NCBI GenBank assembly: GCA_963851265.1
Contig: CAWKNZ010000010.1
Location: 128,001 to 192,000 of the forward strand
DNA length: 64,000 nt
Source: an uncultured Gemmatimonadales bacterium
GTDB lineage: Bacteria; Gemmatimonadota; Gemmatimonadetes; Gemmatimonadales; Gemmatimonadaceae
Direction: 5' to 3'
Part shown: in pieces, positions 27,418-37,931 of the stretch
Position numbering within the stretch: the first letter of the stretch is position 1
Layout: the number at the start of each line of letters is the position of its first letter
Program-made: the position numbers and the translations under genes
The notes under the pieces: model-generated
What the model saw: the letters and a program-made list of their open reading frames with translations, nothing else
What the model was told of the DNA's origin: nothing
The model's database searches: none

Positions 27418-28332
27418 GTGTCCGACACATCGCCTAACACGGGGCCCGACTGGGCCGAGTGGCGCGGCCGCTGGCCCAACGCGGCCGCCAGCCGCTTCGT
27501 CCGCGCCGCCGGCTACACCTGGCACGTCCAGGTCGCCGGCGCCGGCCCGCCCCTGCTCCTCCTGCACGGCGCGGGCGGCGGCACGCACAGCTGGCTCCGC
27601 GTGCTGCCGCGCCTCGCGACGCGTTACACCGTCGTCGCCTGCGACCTGCCGGGGCACGCGTTCACCGACGCGCCGCCGGCCGACCGCCTCACGCTGCCCG
27701 GCATGGCGGCCGACGTCGCCGCGCTCCTCGCCACGCTCGGCCTGCGCCCGCGGCTCGCCGCGGGTCACTCGGCCGGCGCGGCCGTGCTGCTCCGCATGGC
27801 GCTCGACGGCGCCCTGCCCGACGCGCGCGCGCTCGTCGGCATCAACGCCGCGATCGTCCCGCCGCCCGACGTCTACCGCCTGCTCGGCGGGTCGTGGCTG
27901 CGCGGCGCGTTCACGGGGCTGTTCACCGGCCCGCTCGTCACCCGCCTCACCACGCGCTACGCCGCGCGCGCCGGCGCCGTCGAGGCGCTGCTGCGCTCCA
28001 GCGGCTCGCGCGTGCCGCCGCTCCTCGTCGCCTGCTACGAGGGCCTCGCGACGAGCGAGCGCCACGTCCGCTCGACGCTCACGATGATGGCCGAGTGGCA
28101 GATCGAACCGCTCCTGCGCGACGCGCGCGCGCTGCGCGTCCCGACCGTGCTCCTCTCCGGCGCCGACGACCGCTGGGTGCCGGCCGGCGCGGTACAGCGC
28201 GTCGCCGCCTACGTGCCGGGCAGCGAGTTCGAGCTGTGGCCGCACCAGGGCCACCTCATGCACGAGGAGCTGCCCGACGCCACGGCCGACCGCGTCCTGG
28301 CGCTCGGCGCCGCGCACGGCCTGGGCGGCTGA
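27418..28332 (+). CDS. bchO: BchO, alpha/beta-hydrolase-fold Mg-chelatase accessory protein
   Basis: WPNAAASRFV, WHVQVAG, LLLHGAGGGTHSW, DLPGHAFT, GHSAGAA, GHLMHEE. Confidence 0.9.
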   Translation: MSDTSPNTGPDWAEWRGRWPNAAASRFVRAAGYTWHVQVAGAGPPLLLLHGAGGGTHSWLRVLPRLATRYTVVACDLPGHAFTDAPPADRLTLPGMAADVAALLATLGLRPRLAAGHSAGAAVLLRMALDGALPDARALVGINAAIVPPPDVYRLLGGSWLRGAFTGLFTGPLVTRLTTRYAARAGAVEALLRSSGSRVPPLLVACYEGLATSERHVRSTLTMMAEWQIEPLLRDARALRVPTVLLSGADDRWVPAGAVQRVAAYVPGSEFELWPHQGHLMHEELPDATADRVLALGAAHGLGG

Positions 28333-28355
28333 CCCCTCGCGAGCCCGCGCGCCGC

Positions 28356-29879
28356 TCACGCCCCGGCCCCCGCGAGCGCGCCGCGCGCGCCCTCGACGAA
28401 CGCCCGCGTGACCGCCGCCGCGCCCGCGTGCCGCGCGTCCCGCTCGGCCCGGTCACGAATCCGCTTGGCGACCGAGATGCGGGCCACGTACGGCGCGGCC
28501 TCCACCGCCTCGTCGAGGCCGGCCTGCGCGCCGTCGTCCCACGGCAGCGCGTCGTCCGCCGCGACGACGCCCGCCGAGCCGGCCGCCGCACCCGCCGCGC
28601 GCGCCGGCGTGGCGTCGATCCGGTCCAGCTCCGTGCCTAACGGGATGATGTGGAACAGGGTGTCGAACAACGCGTTGCAGCACTCCTGCACGAGGTACGT
28701 CGCGCCGGCGTACCCCATGAAGGGCGTGCCGGTGTGCCGCCGCACGACGGCGCCCGGGAACGACGCCGGGATGTACGTCGCCCGCCCGCCGGTCTCCGCG
28801 AGGTACATGCGCTCGTTGAAGCTCCCGAACAGGACGAGCGGCGGCCGCTCCTTGATCGACTGCCGCACGGCCGCGTTGTCGGTCTTCTGCCCGGGCCGCC
28901 GCGCGACCGCGAAGGTGCACGGCATCCCGAGCTCCTCCTCGAGGAAGTGCCGCAGCCCGCGCGCGTACGTCTCGTTCGCGACCACGCCGAACGACGCCGT
29001 GCCGAAGAAGTCCTGCGTCACGCTCCGCCACAGATCCCAGAGCGGCTTCACCGTCGTGTGCTTCTCGCTCGCGATGAACGGCTCGGGGTCGAGGCCGAGC
29101 TCCGCGCCGAGCGCCCGCAGGAACGCCGTGGTGCTGTGCAGCCCGATCGGCGCCTGGAAGTAGGGCCGGCCGAGCGCCTCGGCCAGCAGGCGCCCGTACT
29201 CGCGGTACATCACCACGTTCGCCTCGGCATCGATCAGCCGCGGCACGTCGGCGAGGTGGCAGCCGAGCGGGAAGGTGAGGTTCACCTCCGCGCCGATGCC
29301 TTCGACCAGCCGGCGCAGCTCGGCGAGATCGCTCCACACGTTGAACGTGCCGTACGCGGGGCCGAGGATGTTCACCCGCGGGCGCTCCCCGGCCGCACGT
29401 TCGCGGGGCTTGGGGGCCACGCCGCGCTTGAGCCCGTACTCGGTCCACAGCCAGGCCATCGCGCGGTTCGCGCTCTGCCACTGGTCCTCGTCGATCGTGC
29501 GCGGCAGGAAGCGCTGGATGCCGGTGCCTTCGGGCGTCACGCCGCCGCCGATCATCTCGGCGATCGATCCGGTGACCACCACCGACGGCAGCTCGGGGTC
29601 GAGCGCGCGGTGCGCGCGGCGCATGGCGCCCTCGGTGCCGTGCTGGCCCAACTCCTCCTCGCCGAGGCCGGTGACGACGATCGGCAGCTCGTGCGGCGGG
29701 AGCGCGTCGGTGTAGTGCAGGACCGACGTGACCGGGAGGTTCTCGCAGCCGACGGGGCCGTCGATGACGACCTGCAGCCCCTTCACGGCCGTGAAGACGT
29801 ACACGGCGCCCCAGTAGCCGCCGGCGCGGTCGTGGTCGAGGACTAACACGGAGCGCCTCCCCGCGATCGCGACGCGCAT
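28356..29879 (-). CDS. bchZ: Chlorophyllide reductase subunit Z
   Basis: [49 protein letters not shown]. Start may be the GTG at 29849. Confidence 0.95.
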   Translation of the reverse strand: MRVAIAGRRSVLVLDHDRAGGYWGAVYVFTAVKGLQVVIDGPVGCENLPVTSVLHYTDALPPHELPIVVTGLGEEELGQHGTEGAMRRAHRALDPELPSVVVTGSIAEMIGGGVTPEGTGIQRFLPRTIDEDQWQSANRAMAWLWTEYGLKRGVAPKPRERAAGERPRVNILGPAYGTFNVWSDLAELRRLVEGIGAEVNLTFPLGCHLADVPRLIDAEANVVMYREYGRLLAEALGRPYFQAPIGLHSTTAFLRALGAELGLDPEPFIASEKHTTVKPLWDLWRSVTQDFFGTASFGVVANETYARGLRHFLEEELGMPCTFAVARRPGQKTDNAAVRQSIKERPPLVLFGSFNERMYLAETGGRATYIPASFPGAVVRRHTGTPFMGYAGATYLVQECCNALFDTLFHIIPLGTELDRIDATPARAAGAAAGSAGVVAADDALPWDDGAQAGLDEAVEAAPYVARISVAKRIRDRAERDARHAGAAAVTRAFVEGARGALAGAGA

Positions 29880-31432
29880 CAGACCATCTCCTCCGCCTTG
29901 CGCGCCCGCGCGAGCTTGACGAGGTGCCGCTTGTAGTGCTCGCGGAACTCCGGCCGGTCCTGGGGCAGCTCGTTGGACGCGGTGCGCTCCCACACACCTG
30001 CCGCGTGGCCCTCGCCCACCCCGGCGAAGAACTCGCGCATCCGGTCGAACCGCGCGCGGTTGGCGACGGCCCCGTTGACGACCGGCGCGAGCGCTCCCGC
30101 CCCCGCCGGGCCCATCAGCGGACGCGCGGAGATCAGGTTCGTGAAGTAGAGCGCGGGCACGCCGCGCTCCTTCGCGTGCTGCACCACCGGCGTCGTCCCG
30201 ATCGCGACGTCGGGTTGGAACTCCTCGAACGCGGCGAGGTCCTGCTCCAGCGACGCGCGGTACTGCACGTGCACGCCGTGCGCGGCGAGCCACTCGCGGT
30301 CGGGCTCGCTCCAGGGCGTCCGCGGGCAGGCCGTGCCGACGTAGCGCACGTCCGCGCCGCTCTCGACGAGCAGCCGCGCGACGATCAGCTCCGACCCCTC
30401 GTACCCGGAAAGCGTGACGCGCGCGTCGATCCGGTTGGCCGCGAGCGCGGCGCGGATCGGGTGCAGCACGCCCTTGGCGGTGTCGATCGCCGAGCGCGCC
30501 GCGCCCGTCGCCTCGCCCACCGCCTCGAGCCACGCGGCCGTTCCGTCGACACCCACCGGCGCGGAGGGGAGCACGCGCCGCCCCGCCGCCTCGAACTCGC
30601 GCACCGAGGCGACGTAGAAGGGGTGCAGCGCCGCGACCACCGCGCCGTCGAGCGCGGCGTACAGCTCGCGCCACTCGCGCGTGGGCACCGCCGGCCCCGC
30701 CGCGAGGCCTAACGGTTCGAGCAGCCGGCCGATCACGACCGGGTCGGCCGGGAACAGCTCGCCCAGCAGCGTGACGGTCGGCTTCGCGCTCACGCCCGCG
30801 CGCGGCGCGCGCACCGGGCCCTGCTCCGCCTCGCCGCGCGCGTAGCGCAGCATCGCGCCGGCCAGCACGTCCTTCGCCTCGGCGTGCGTCGGCACGCCGA
30901 AGCCCGGCACGTCGATGCCGACCACGCGCACGCCGTTGATCTCCTTCGGCAGCAGCTGCAGCGGCACGCCCGACGCCGTGGGCACGCACAGGTTGGTCAC
31001 CACGATCGCGTCGTACTGCGCAGGGTCGGCGAGCTCGTGCACCGCGTCGCGGATGTCCTCGAACAGCTTGCCGGTGACGAGCGACTCGGAGTTGAACGGC
31101 ACGTACCCGACGGTGCGGCGCGCGCCGTAGAAGTGGCTCGTGAACGTCAGGCCGTACACGCAGCACGCGCTGCCCGAGAGCACGGTCGCCGTGCGGCGCA
31201 TGCGCAGCCCGACGCGCAGCGATCCGAACGCGGGGCACATGCTCTGCGGACGGTCGTGCGGGCCTTTCGGGTAGTCGCGCGCGAACCCGTCGAGCACGTC
31301 GCCCTTGCCCGCGGCGGTCGCGGCCGCGCGCAGCTGCTCCGCCCCCGCGTGGCAGCCGAGTCCGTCGACGCCGTCAGTGGGCATGTTGGGCACCGCCTCG
31401 GGGGCAACCAGTGTGGCCATCGTCGCGCTCAC
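29879..31432 (-). CDS. bchY: Chlorophyllide reductase subunit Y
   Basis: [41 protein letters not shown]. Confidence 0.95.
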   Translation of the reverse strand: MSATMATLVAPEAVPNMPTDGVDGLGCHAGAEQLRAAATAAGKGDVLDGFARDYPKGPHDRPQSMCPAFGSLRVGLRMRRTATVLSGSACCVYGLTFTSHFYGARRTVGYVPFNSESLVTGKLFEDIRDAVHELADPAQYDAIVVTNLCVPTASGVPLQLLPKEINGVRVVGIDVPGFGVPTHAEAKDVLAGAMLRYARGEAEQGPVRAPRAGVSAKPTVTLLGELFPADPVVIGRLLEPLGLAAGPAVPTREWRELYAALDGAVVAALHPFYVASVREFEAAGRRVLPSAPVGVDGTAAWLEAVGEATGAARSAIDTAKGVLHPIRAALAANRIDARVTLSGYEGSELIVARLLVESGADVRYVGTACPRTPWSEPDREWLAAHGVHVQYRASLEQDLAAFEEFQPDVAIGTTPVVQHAKERGVPALYFTNLISARPLMGPAGAGALAPVVNGAVANRARFDRMREFFAGVGEGHAAGVWERTASNELPQDRPEFREHYKRHLVKLARARKAEEMV

Positions 31433-32464
31433 TCAGACGGCGTCGTAGACGATTTCGAGCGACGGGCGCGTGACGATCGCGCCCCCGCACATGTCCGCCA
31501 TCGTCGCCGGGTCGAGCACGACGTCGCGGCCCACCGCCTCGGCCGCGAACAGGTCGAGCAGCGCGTTCTGCGAGAGCGGGCGCGGGCGCACCGGCGGCGC
31601 CTCGGCGACCGCGGTCGCGAGCTCCTCGAAGACCGGCGCCCAACGCGTGCCGGGGCGGCCGATGATCTCGTAGTTCGCGCTCTTACGCCGGATGTCCTCG
31701 TGCGCGGGGATCGCCGCGAGCACGGGGATGCCGGCCGCCTCGGCGAACCGCGCGGCCTCACCGGTGCCGTCGTCCTTGTTCACCACGAGCCCCGCAACGC
31801 CGACGTTGCCGCCGAGCTTGCGGAAGTACTCGACCGCCGAGCAGACGTTGTTGGCGACGTAGAGCGACTGCAGGTCGTTGGAGCCGACGACGATCACCTT
31901 CTGGCACATGTCGCGCGCGATCGGCAGCCCGAAGCCGCCGCACACCACGTCGCCGAGGAAGTCGAGGAGGACGTAGTCGAACCCCCACTCGTGGAAGCCG
32001 AGCTTCTCGAGCAGTTCGAAGCCGTGGATGATCCCGCGACCGCCGCAGCCGCGGCCGACCTCGGGGCCGCCCAACTCCATCGCGAACACGCCGTCGCGCT
32101 TGAAGCAGACGTCCGAGATCGACACCTCCTCGCCCGCGAGCTTCCGGCGGCTCGACGTCTCGATGATCGTCGGGCAGGCGCGGCCGCCGAACAGCAGCGA
32201 CGTGGTGTCGCTCTTGGGGTCGCAGCCGATGAGCAGCACGCGCTTGCCCTGCTGCGCCATCATGTACGACAGGTTGGCGAGCGTGAAGCTCTTCCCGATG
32301 CCGCCCTTGCCGTAGATCGCGATCACCTGGGTGGCCTTCGTGACCTCGCCGGTCGCCGGCGCGGTGGGCGCCTCGTTGGCTTCGGCTCGCAGGCGGCCCG
32401 TGAGCTGCACGAGGGCGGACGGCGCGGACGTCGTGGGGGTGTAGGCTGTCGCGACTGCGGTCAT
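31433..32464 (-). CDS. bchX: Chlorophyllide reductase iron protein X
   Basis: [52 protein letters not shown]. Confidence 0.96.
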   Translation of the reverse strand: MTAVATAYTPTTSAPSALVQLTGRLRAEANEAPTAPATGEVTKATQVIAIYGKGGIGKSFTLANLSYMMAQQGKRVLLIGCDPKSDTTSLLFGGRACPTIIETSSRRKLAGEEVSISDVCFKRDGVFAMELGGPEVGRGCGGRGIIHGFELLEKLGFHEWGFDYVLLDFLGDVVCGGFGLPIARDMCQKVIVVGSNDLQSLYVANNVCSAVEYFRKLGGNVGVAGLVVNKDDGTGEAARFAEAAGIPVLAAIPAHEDIRRKSANYEIIGRPGTRWAPVFEELATAVAEAPPVRPRPLSQNALLDLFAAEAVGRDVVLDPATMADMCGGAIVTRPSLEIVYDAV

Positions 32465-33540
32465 GCCTCGTTGCTCCAATCGGATGAGTGCGGGTCGGCG
32501 GCGCGCCAGTCGAGGACCATCTTGACGCACGATGGATCGTCGAACGCCGCGGCGTAGGCGGACGCGACCGCGGCCTCGCCGTCGGCGACGCGCACGCGGT
32601 GCGTGACCACGCCGCCGAGCGAGAGGCGGCCGGCCGAGACGAGGTCGCGCGCGGTGGCGAGGTCGTCGGGGCGGAACTCCGCCGCGACGCGCAGCCGCAG
32701 CCCGCGCAGGAAGGCGGGGATGAACGGGAAGGCGATCGGCGCGGTGTAGAACCCGGCGAGTACGACCTCGCCCCCGGGGCCCAGCCGCGCGACGAGCGCG
32801 TCGAGAATGCCGGCCGCCCCGCTCGCGTCCATCGCACGGCGGTAGTCGCGCCGAGGGTCGGCGTCGGGGTGGACGACGGCGTAGCCCCGGGCCCCGCCGA
32901 CGCGCCGCGCGTCCGTCTCCCACACGGTCGGCGCCGCGCCGCCGAGGGCCAGCACGAGGCGCGCGGCCAGACGGCCTAACGCGCCGTGGCCGACGATGAG
33001 GTCGGGGAGGGGCGCGCCCGGCGCGCGCTCGTCGCGCACGGCGTGCATCGCCGTCGCGGCGAGGGCGAGCAGCACGCCGTTCTCGCCCGGGACGTCGCCG
33101 ACCGGGTGGACCCGCGCGCCGGGCGCGACGAGCGTCTGCCCCGCCCCGCCGAACAGGTTGCGCACGGCGCCGCCGCCGTCGCGTGCGTCGCCGACGAAGC
33201 CGTGCGCGCCGGGCACGAACACGCGCTCGCCCGCCGCGCGCCCGCTCGCCGCCCCGGCCCAACGCACGCGCCCGACGGTCTCGTAGCCGGGCACGAGCGG
33301 GTAGCCCATGCCGGGGAACGGCGGCATCGTGCCACGCCAGAACAGGCGCTCGGTGCCGGCACTCACGCCGCTCCACTCGACGTCCACGACCACGTCCGCG
33401 TCGGTCGGCACGGCCAACGACAGCTCGCGCACCGCCAGCAAGCCGGGCGCGTCGAAGACCACCGCGCGAGCGCGCGTCGGCACGAGCGGGTGAGCCGGGG
33501 GCGCATGCGCCGCAGCGTCCGGGCGGACGGCCGTCGTCAC
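32461..33540 (-). CDS. bchC: 2-desacetyl-2-hydroxyethyl bacteriochlorophyllide dehydrogenase
   Basis: WSGVSAGTERLFWRGTMPPFPGMGYPLVPGYE, IVGHGALGRL, CVKMVLDW. Confidence 0.94.
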   Translation of the reverse strand: MTTAVRPDAAAHAPPAHPLVPTRARAVVFDAPGLLAVRELSLAVPTDADVVVDVEWSGVSAGTERLFWRGTMPPFPGMGYPLVPGYETVGRVRWAGAASGRAAGERVFVPGAHGFVGDARDGGGAVRNLFGGAGQTLVAPGARVHPVGDVPGENGVLLALAATAMHAVRDERAPGAPLPDLIVGHGALGRLAARLVLALGGAAPTVWETDARRVGGARGYAVVHPDADPRRDYRRAMDASGAAGILDALVARLGPGGEVVLAGFYTAPIAFPFIPAFLRGLRLRVAAEFRPDDLATARDLVSAGRLSLGGVVTHRVRVADGEAAVASAYAAAFDDPSCVKMVLDWRAADPHSSDWSNEA

Positions 33541-34775
33541 GCTCCCACCTCCGCGGTCACGACGCCGGCCACGACGGGGTAGCGCGTCGCGCGGACGCGG
33601 ACGCGCCGGAACCCGGCGCTCTCGAGCAGCCGGCGGAACTCTTCGGCCCGTCGCGCGCGCCCGCGCCCCATCGCACGCAGGTAGTACCCGAAGTACACGT
33701 CGCCCACCGCCTCGGCGCCGCGCGCGCCGGCCAACGGCTCGGCGATCACGATCATCCCGTCGGGCGCGAGCGCGGCCCGCACGCGGCAGAGCAGCGCGTG
33801 GACCGTCGCGTCGTCGTGGTCGAGGCAGACGCGCACGAGCGTCGCGACGTCGGCACCGGCTGGCAACGCGTCGTGCTGAAAGTCGCCGCCGACGACGCGC
33901 ACGCGCGCCGCGAGGCCGGCTTCCGCCACGTGCCGCCGGGCGCGCGCCGCGACCGGCGCGAGGTCGAACAGGGTGCACGCGAGCTGCGCGTGCCGGCGCG
34001 CCGCGGCGAGGACGAAGTTGCCCTCGCCGCCACCGACGTCGAGCAGCGCACGCCGGCCCGAGAGCGGGACCGCGTCGAGCAGCTCGCCGGCGATGGGGGC
34101 GACGGTCGCGGACATGAGCGCCGAGTAGCCGGTGACGTCGGCCAGGCCGAGTCGGGCGCGACGCGGCGCGTCGGTGTACGGCCAGTACGCGGCGAGGGCC
34201 GCGCCATCCTCGCCCGGCGCGCGTCGCAGCAGCGCGAGCGGGTCGCGCAGGTCTTCGTAGAGCAGCGCGTTGTGCTCGACGAGCTGCACGAGGCCCGGGC
34301 TCGCGAGCAGCGGCCCGCCGGTGGCGCCGAGCCCCCATCGCCCGCCGGCGCGGCGCTCAACGAGCCCGAGGGCCGCCGCCGCGGCGAGCAGCGCGCGCGC
34401 ACCGTCGGCCGGCAGTTCGAGTCGCGCCAGCAGCTCGGCCTCGGAGATCGGCGCGTCGGCCACGAGCGTGAGCAGTCCACACTGCACGCAGGCCGCGACG
34501 GTCTGCGTGTACGCGAACCCCGCCACGAGGTCGAACACGGCGCGCGAGCGGCGTCGCGCGACCCCCCGCACGATGGGCACGCGCGCCGCCCACCGCTGAA
34601 ACGTGGCGCTCGCGTACAGCCGGTCGCGTGCGGTGAGCGCACGGTCTCCGATCCGCTCGACCCACGTCAGGGGCCGCGCGCGGTCGGCCTGCGCCACCGC
34701 TGGAACGGCGCGCTCGCCACCCACGCGCTCGGCGCGGGGTGCGGCGTGGGGCGACATGGGCCCGGCGAGCGTCAT
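33537..34775 (-). CDS. crtF: Hydroxyneurosporene O-methyltransferase
   Basis: FQRWAARVP, FDLVAGFAYTQ, LLDVGGGEG, YFGYYLRAMGRG; upstream of bchC. Confidence 0.9.
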   Translation of the reverse strand: MTLAGPMSPHAAPRAERVGGERAVPAVAQADRARPLTWVERIGDRALTARDRLYASATFQRWAARVPIVRGVARRRSRAVFDLVAGFAYTQTVAACVQCGLLTLVADAPISEAELLARLELPADGARALLAAAAALGLVERRAGGRWGLGATGGPLLASPGLVQLVEHNALLYEDLRDPLALLRRAPGEDGAALAAYWPYTDAPRRARLGLADVTGYSALMSATVAPIAGELLDAVPLSGRRALLDVGGGEGNFVLAAARRHAQLACTLFDLAPVAARARRHVAEAGLAARVRVVGGDFQHDALPAGADVATLVRVCLDHDDATVHALLCRVRAALAPDGMIVIAEPLAGARGAEAVGDVYFGYYLRAMGRGRARRAEEFRRLLESAGFRRVRVRATRYPVVAGVVTAEVGA

Positions 34776-34905
34776 CAATCGCTCCGGCACGTGGGCGCTC
34801 GTGCGCGCCGAACAGCAGGCGGCGAACACGGGTGACCGGGAGTTCCACGGGGCACGGCGACCCCGGAGATCCGGCGAGCGCGATTCTACGGTTCGTCCCA
34901 AAACC

Positions 34906-34969
34906 TGTCAAGTCTCGTTGACACGCCGAGTGTCAACACGTTGCGACATCCCGGTCCACGTCGTACTGT
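34906..34969. promoter_or_regulatory. Tandem PpsR operators in the divergent crtF/bchI promoter region
   Basis: Perfect TGT-N12-ACA at 34906-34923 and 34931-34948 (7 bp apart). TTGCGA-N17-TACTGT (34941-34969) points at bchI. Confidence 0.85.
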
Positions 34970-34989
34970 AGCCTCGGCGGGAGCACGCG

Positions 34990-36090
34990 TTGCGTACCGC
35001 GACGCACGCTCCCGCGTGCCTCACCCCGAAGCCCCCGCCCACGGTGCCCCACGTGCACGCGCGTTTTCCGTTCACCGCGATCGTCGGGCAGGACGAGATG
35101 AAGACGGCGCTCCTGATCGCGGCCGTCGACCCCGGGATCGGCGGGGTGCTCGTGCAGGGCCACCGCGGCACGGGCAAGAGCACCGCCGTGCGCGCCCTCG
35201 CCGGTGTGTTGCCACCGCTCGTCGTCGACGCCGCGTGTCGGTACGGCTGCGACCCGGCCGCGAACGGCGCGCGCTGCGGCGAGTGCCACGACCGCGAACA
35301 CGCCGGCGTCCGCGTTCGTGCCCGTCGTGCCCCGGTCCCCGTCGTCGACCTGCCCCTCGGTGCCACCGAGGACCGCGTCGTCGGCGCCCTCGACCTCGAA
35401 CGCGCGCTCCGCACGGGCGAGAAGGCGTACGAACCCGGCCTGCTCGCACGCGCGCACCGCGGCTTCCTGTACGTCGACGAGGTGAACCTGCTCGAAGACC
35501 ACCTCGTCGACCTCCTGCTCGACGTGTCGCAATCGGGCGAGAACGTCGTCGAGCGCGAGGGGCTGTCGGTGCGCCACCCCGCGCGCTTCGTGCTCGTCGG
35601 GAGCGGCAACCCGGAGGAGGGCGACCTCCGCCCGCAGCTGCTCGACCGCTTCGGGCTCTCGGTCGAGGTGACGACGCCGAGCGACCCGGACGCGCGCGTC
35701 GAGGCGGTGCTGCGACGCGACGCGTTCGACCGCGACCCCGAGGGCTTCGCCCGTCGGTGGGCGCGGGCGGAAGCGGCGGTGCGCCGGCGCGTGAGCGAGG
35801 CGCGCGCGCGGATCGGCGGCGTGGCCGTACCGCACGCGGTCCTCCGCCGCGGTGCGGAGCTGTGCGCGCGACTCGGCACGGACGGCGTGCGGGGTGAGTT
35901 GACGCTGCTGCGCGGCGCGCGGGCGACTGCCGCCTACGACGGCGCGACGGTCGTCGACGACGGGCACCTCCGTCGCGTCGCGCCGATGGTCCTGCGCCAC
36001 CGCCTGCGCCGCGACCCGCTCGACGACGCCGGGTCGAGCGCGCGCGTCGAACGGGCGTTGGGCGAGCTGTTCGGGACGCCCGCGGCGTGA
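34990..36090 (+). CDS. bchI: Magnesium chelatase ATPase subunit I
   Basis: FPFTAIVGQDEMK, GHRGTGKST, DLPLGATEDRVVG, YVDEVNLL. The real start may be about 35044. Confidence 0.95.
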   Translation: MRTATHAPACLTPKPPPTVPHVHARFPFTAIVGQDEMKTALLIAAVDPGIGGVLVQGHRGTGKSTAVRALAGVLPPLVVDAACRYGCDPAANGARCGECHDREHAGVRVRARRAPVPVVDLPLGATEDRVVGALDLERALRTGEKAYEPGLLARAHRGFLYVDEVNLLEDHLVDLLLDVSQSGENVVEREGLSVRHPARFVLVGSGNPEEGDLRPQLLDRFGLSVEVTTPSDPDARVEAVLRRDAFDRDPEGFARRWARAEAAVRRRVSEARARIGGVAVPHAVLRRGAELCARLGTDGVRGELTLLRGARATAAYDGATVVDDGHLRRVAPMVLRHRLRRDPLDDAGSSARVERALGELFGTPAA

Positions 36091-36130
36091 CCGCCGCCTG
36101 ACTGGCACCTGACGGGCACCTGACCGGCGC

Positions 36131-37921
36131 GTGACGCTCCCGGACCTCGCGATCGCCCTGCTCGCCGGCGGCGACGCGTCCGCGTTAGGCGGCGCGCTCG
36201 TCGTCGCGCCCGGGGCCGAGGAGGGCGAGCGCTGGCTCGGCGCGCTGCGGGCCGCGCTCGGCGCGCGGCGGCCCGCGGCGCCCTGGCGCGTGGTGCCGAG
36301 CGCCGTGAGCGACGACCGGCTCGCGGGCGGGCTCGACGTCGTCGCGACGCTCGCGGCCGGCACGCGCGTGGACGGGCGCGGCCTGCTGGCCGAAGCGGAG
36401 GGGGGCCTGCTCGTGCTGCCGCGCGCGGCCGCGGCGAGCACGGCCACGCTGGCGCGCGTGGCCGACGCGGTGGACGGCGGTCGCGTCGCCGTCACGGCCG
36501 TGGTGTGCGGCGAGGAGGAGGCCGCGGAGCTGCCGCTGCTGCTCGCCGAGCGGCTCGCGTTACACGTGCGACTCCCGGCGGGGTACGCCCCCGACGTGGC
36601 GCACGTCGGCGCGCCCGGTGTGGCCGACGTGCACGAGTCGGACGCACCGGCCGCGGTCGCGGCACTCTGCGAGGTCGCGGAGGCGTTCGGCGTCGAGTCG
36701 ACGCGCGCCGCGGTGTTCGCAATTCGGGTGGCGCGCGCGATCGCGCGTACCGCGGGGCGTGGCGCGCCCACGGACGACGACCTCGCGGCCGCCGTCCAGC
36801 TCGTCCTCGCCCCGCGCGCCGTGCGCGTCCCGGCCGACGCGTCCGCGCCGGCCGCGCCGGCGACCGACGCCGGCCGCGGGCCCGAACAGCCCGACGCCAC
36901 CGCGTCCCGCGACGCACCGACACCCCCGGCACCCCCGACGCCGAACGACGGTCCGGGCGACGGTGACGCGTCGGGCACGGTGGGCGAGATTGGCGCGCAC
37001 GAACTGCTCATCGCCGCCGCACGCGCCGCGCTGCCGCCGGAGCTGATCGCCGCCGGTCGCGGCGGGACGGCCGCGCGCTCGGCCACGGCGCGCGGTGCGG
37101 CGGGCCGAGCCGCCCGCGCTCAACCGCGCATGGACGACCGCCGCGGCCGGCGCGTCGGGACGCGCCCCGGGCACCCGCGCGGCGGGAGCCGGCTCGATCT
37201 CGTCGAGACGCTCCGCGCCGCGGCGCCGTGGCAGGGCGCGCGGGGGCGCGCGCCGGGCGGGGCGCTCGCCGTACGCACCGGCGACTTGCGCGTCGAGCGC
37301 CGCCGCCGGGCGTTAGGCACCACCACGGTGGTCGTGGTCGACGCGTCGGGTTCGGCGGCGTTGGGCCGGTTGGCCGAGGCCAAGGGTGCGGCCGAGCTGC
37401 TGCTGGCCGAGAGCTACGCGCGGCGCGACCGGGTCGCGCTCGTCGCGTTTCGCGGCGCGGGCGCGAGCGTGCTGCTGCCGCCCACGCGCGCACTCGCGAG
37501 GGCGCGGCGCGCGGTGAGCGCACTCCCCGCCGGCGGCGGTACCCCGCTCGCTTCGGCGCTCGTCACCGCCGCGGACCTCGCGCGCGCGGCGGGGCGTGCC
37601 GGCACGCGCCCGGCGGTCGTGCTGCTCACCGACGGCCGGGCGAACGTCGCGCTCGACGGCGCGCCCGGGCGGGAGCGGGCGCGGGCCGATGCCGAGCAGG
37701 CGGCGCGGGCGCTCGCCGCGACGCTCGCCGCGGCGGGCGGACTCGCGGTGGTGGTGGACACGGCGGTGCGCGGCGGGCCCGAAGCGCGGACGCTCGCCGC
37801 GGCGGCGGGCGCGCGCTACGTCGCGCTCCCGTACGCGTCCGCCCGCACACTGCACGGGGTCGTGCGCGACGTCCTCGCCGAGCCGAGCGCCGCGGCCGGC
37901 CTCGCGGCATCCCACGCATGA
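36131..37921 (+). CDS. bchD: Magnesium chelatase subunit D
   Basis: DDRLAGGLD, Pro-rich linker, vWA motifs VVDASGS, GGGTPLA, LLTDGRANV. Confidence 0.9.
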   Translation: MTLPDLAIALLAGGDASALGGALVVAPGAEEGERWLGALRAALGARRPAAPWRVVPSAVSDDRLAGGLDVVATLAAGTRVDGRGLLAEAEGGLLVLPRAAAASTATLARVADAVDGGRVAVTAVVCGEEEAAELPLLLAERLALHVRLPAGYAPDVAHVGAPGVADVHESDAPAAVAALCEVAEAFGVESTRAAVFAIRVARAIARTAGRGAPTDDDLAAAVQLVLAPRAVRVPADASAPAAPATDAGRGPEQPDATASRDAPTPPAPPTPNDGPGDGDASGTVGEIGAHELLIAAARAALPPELIAAGRGGTAARSATARGAAGRAARAQPRMDDRRGRRVGTRPGHPRGGSRLDLVETLRAAAPWQGARGRAPGGALAVRTGDLRVERRRRALGTTTVVVVDASGSAALGRLAEAKGAAELLLAESYARRDRVALVAFRGAGASVLLPPTRALARARRAVSALPAGGGTPLASALVTAADLARAAGRAGTRPAVVLLTDGRANVALDGAPGRERARADAEQAARALAATLAAAGGLAVVVDTAVRGGPEARTLAAAAGARYVALPYASARTLHGVVRDVLAEPSAAAGLAASHA

Positions 37922-37931
37922 CCCACGGCCG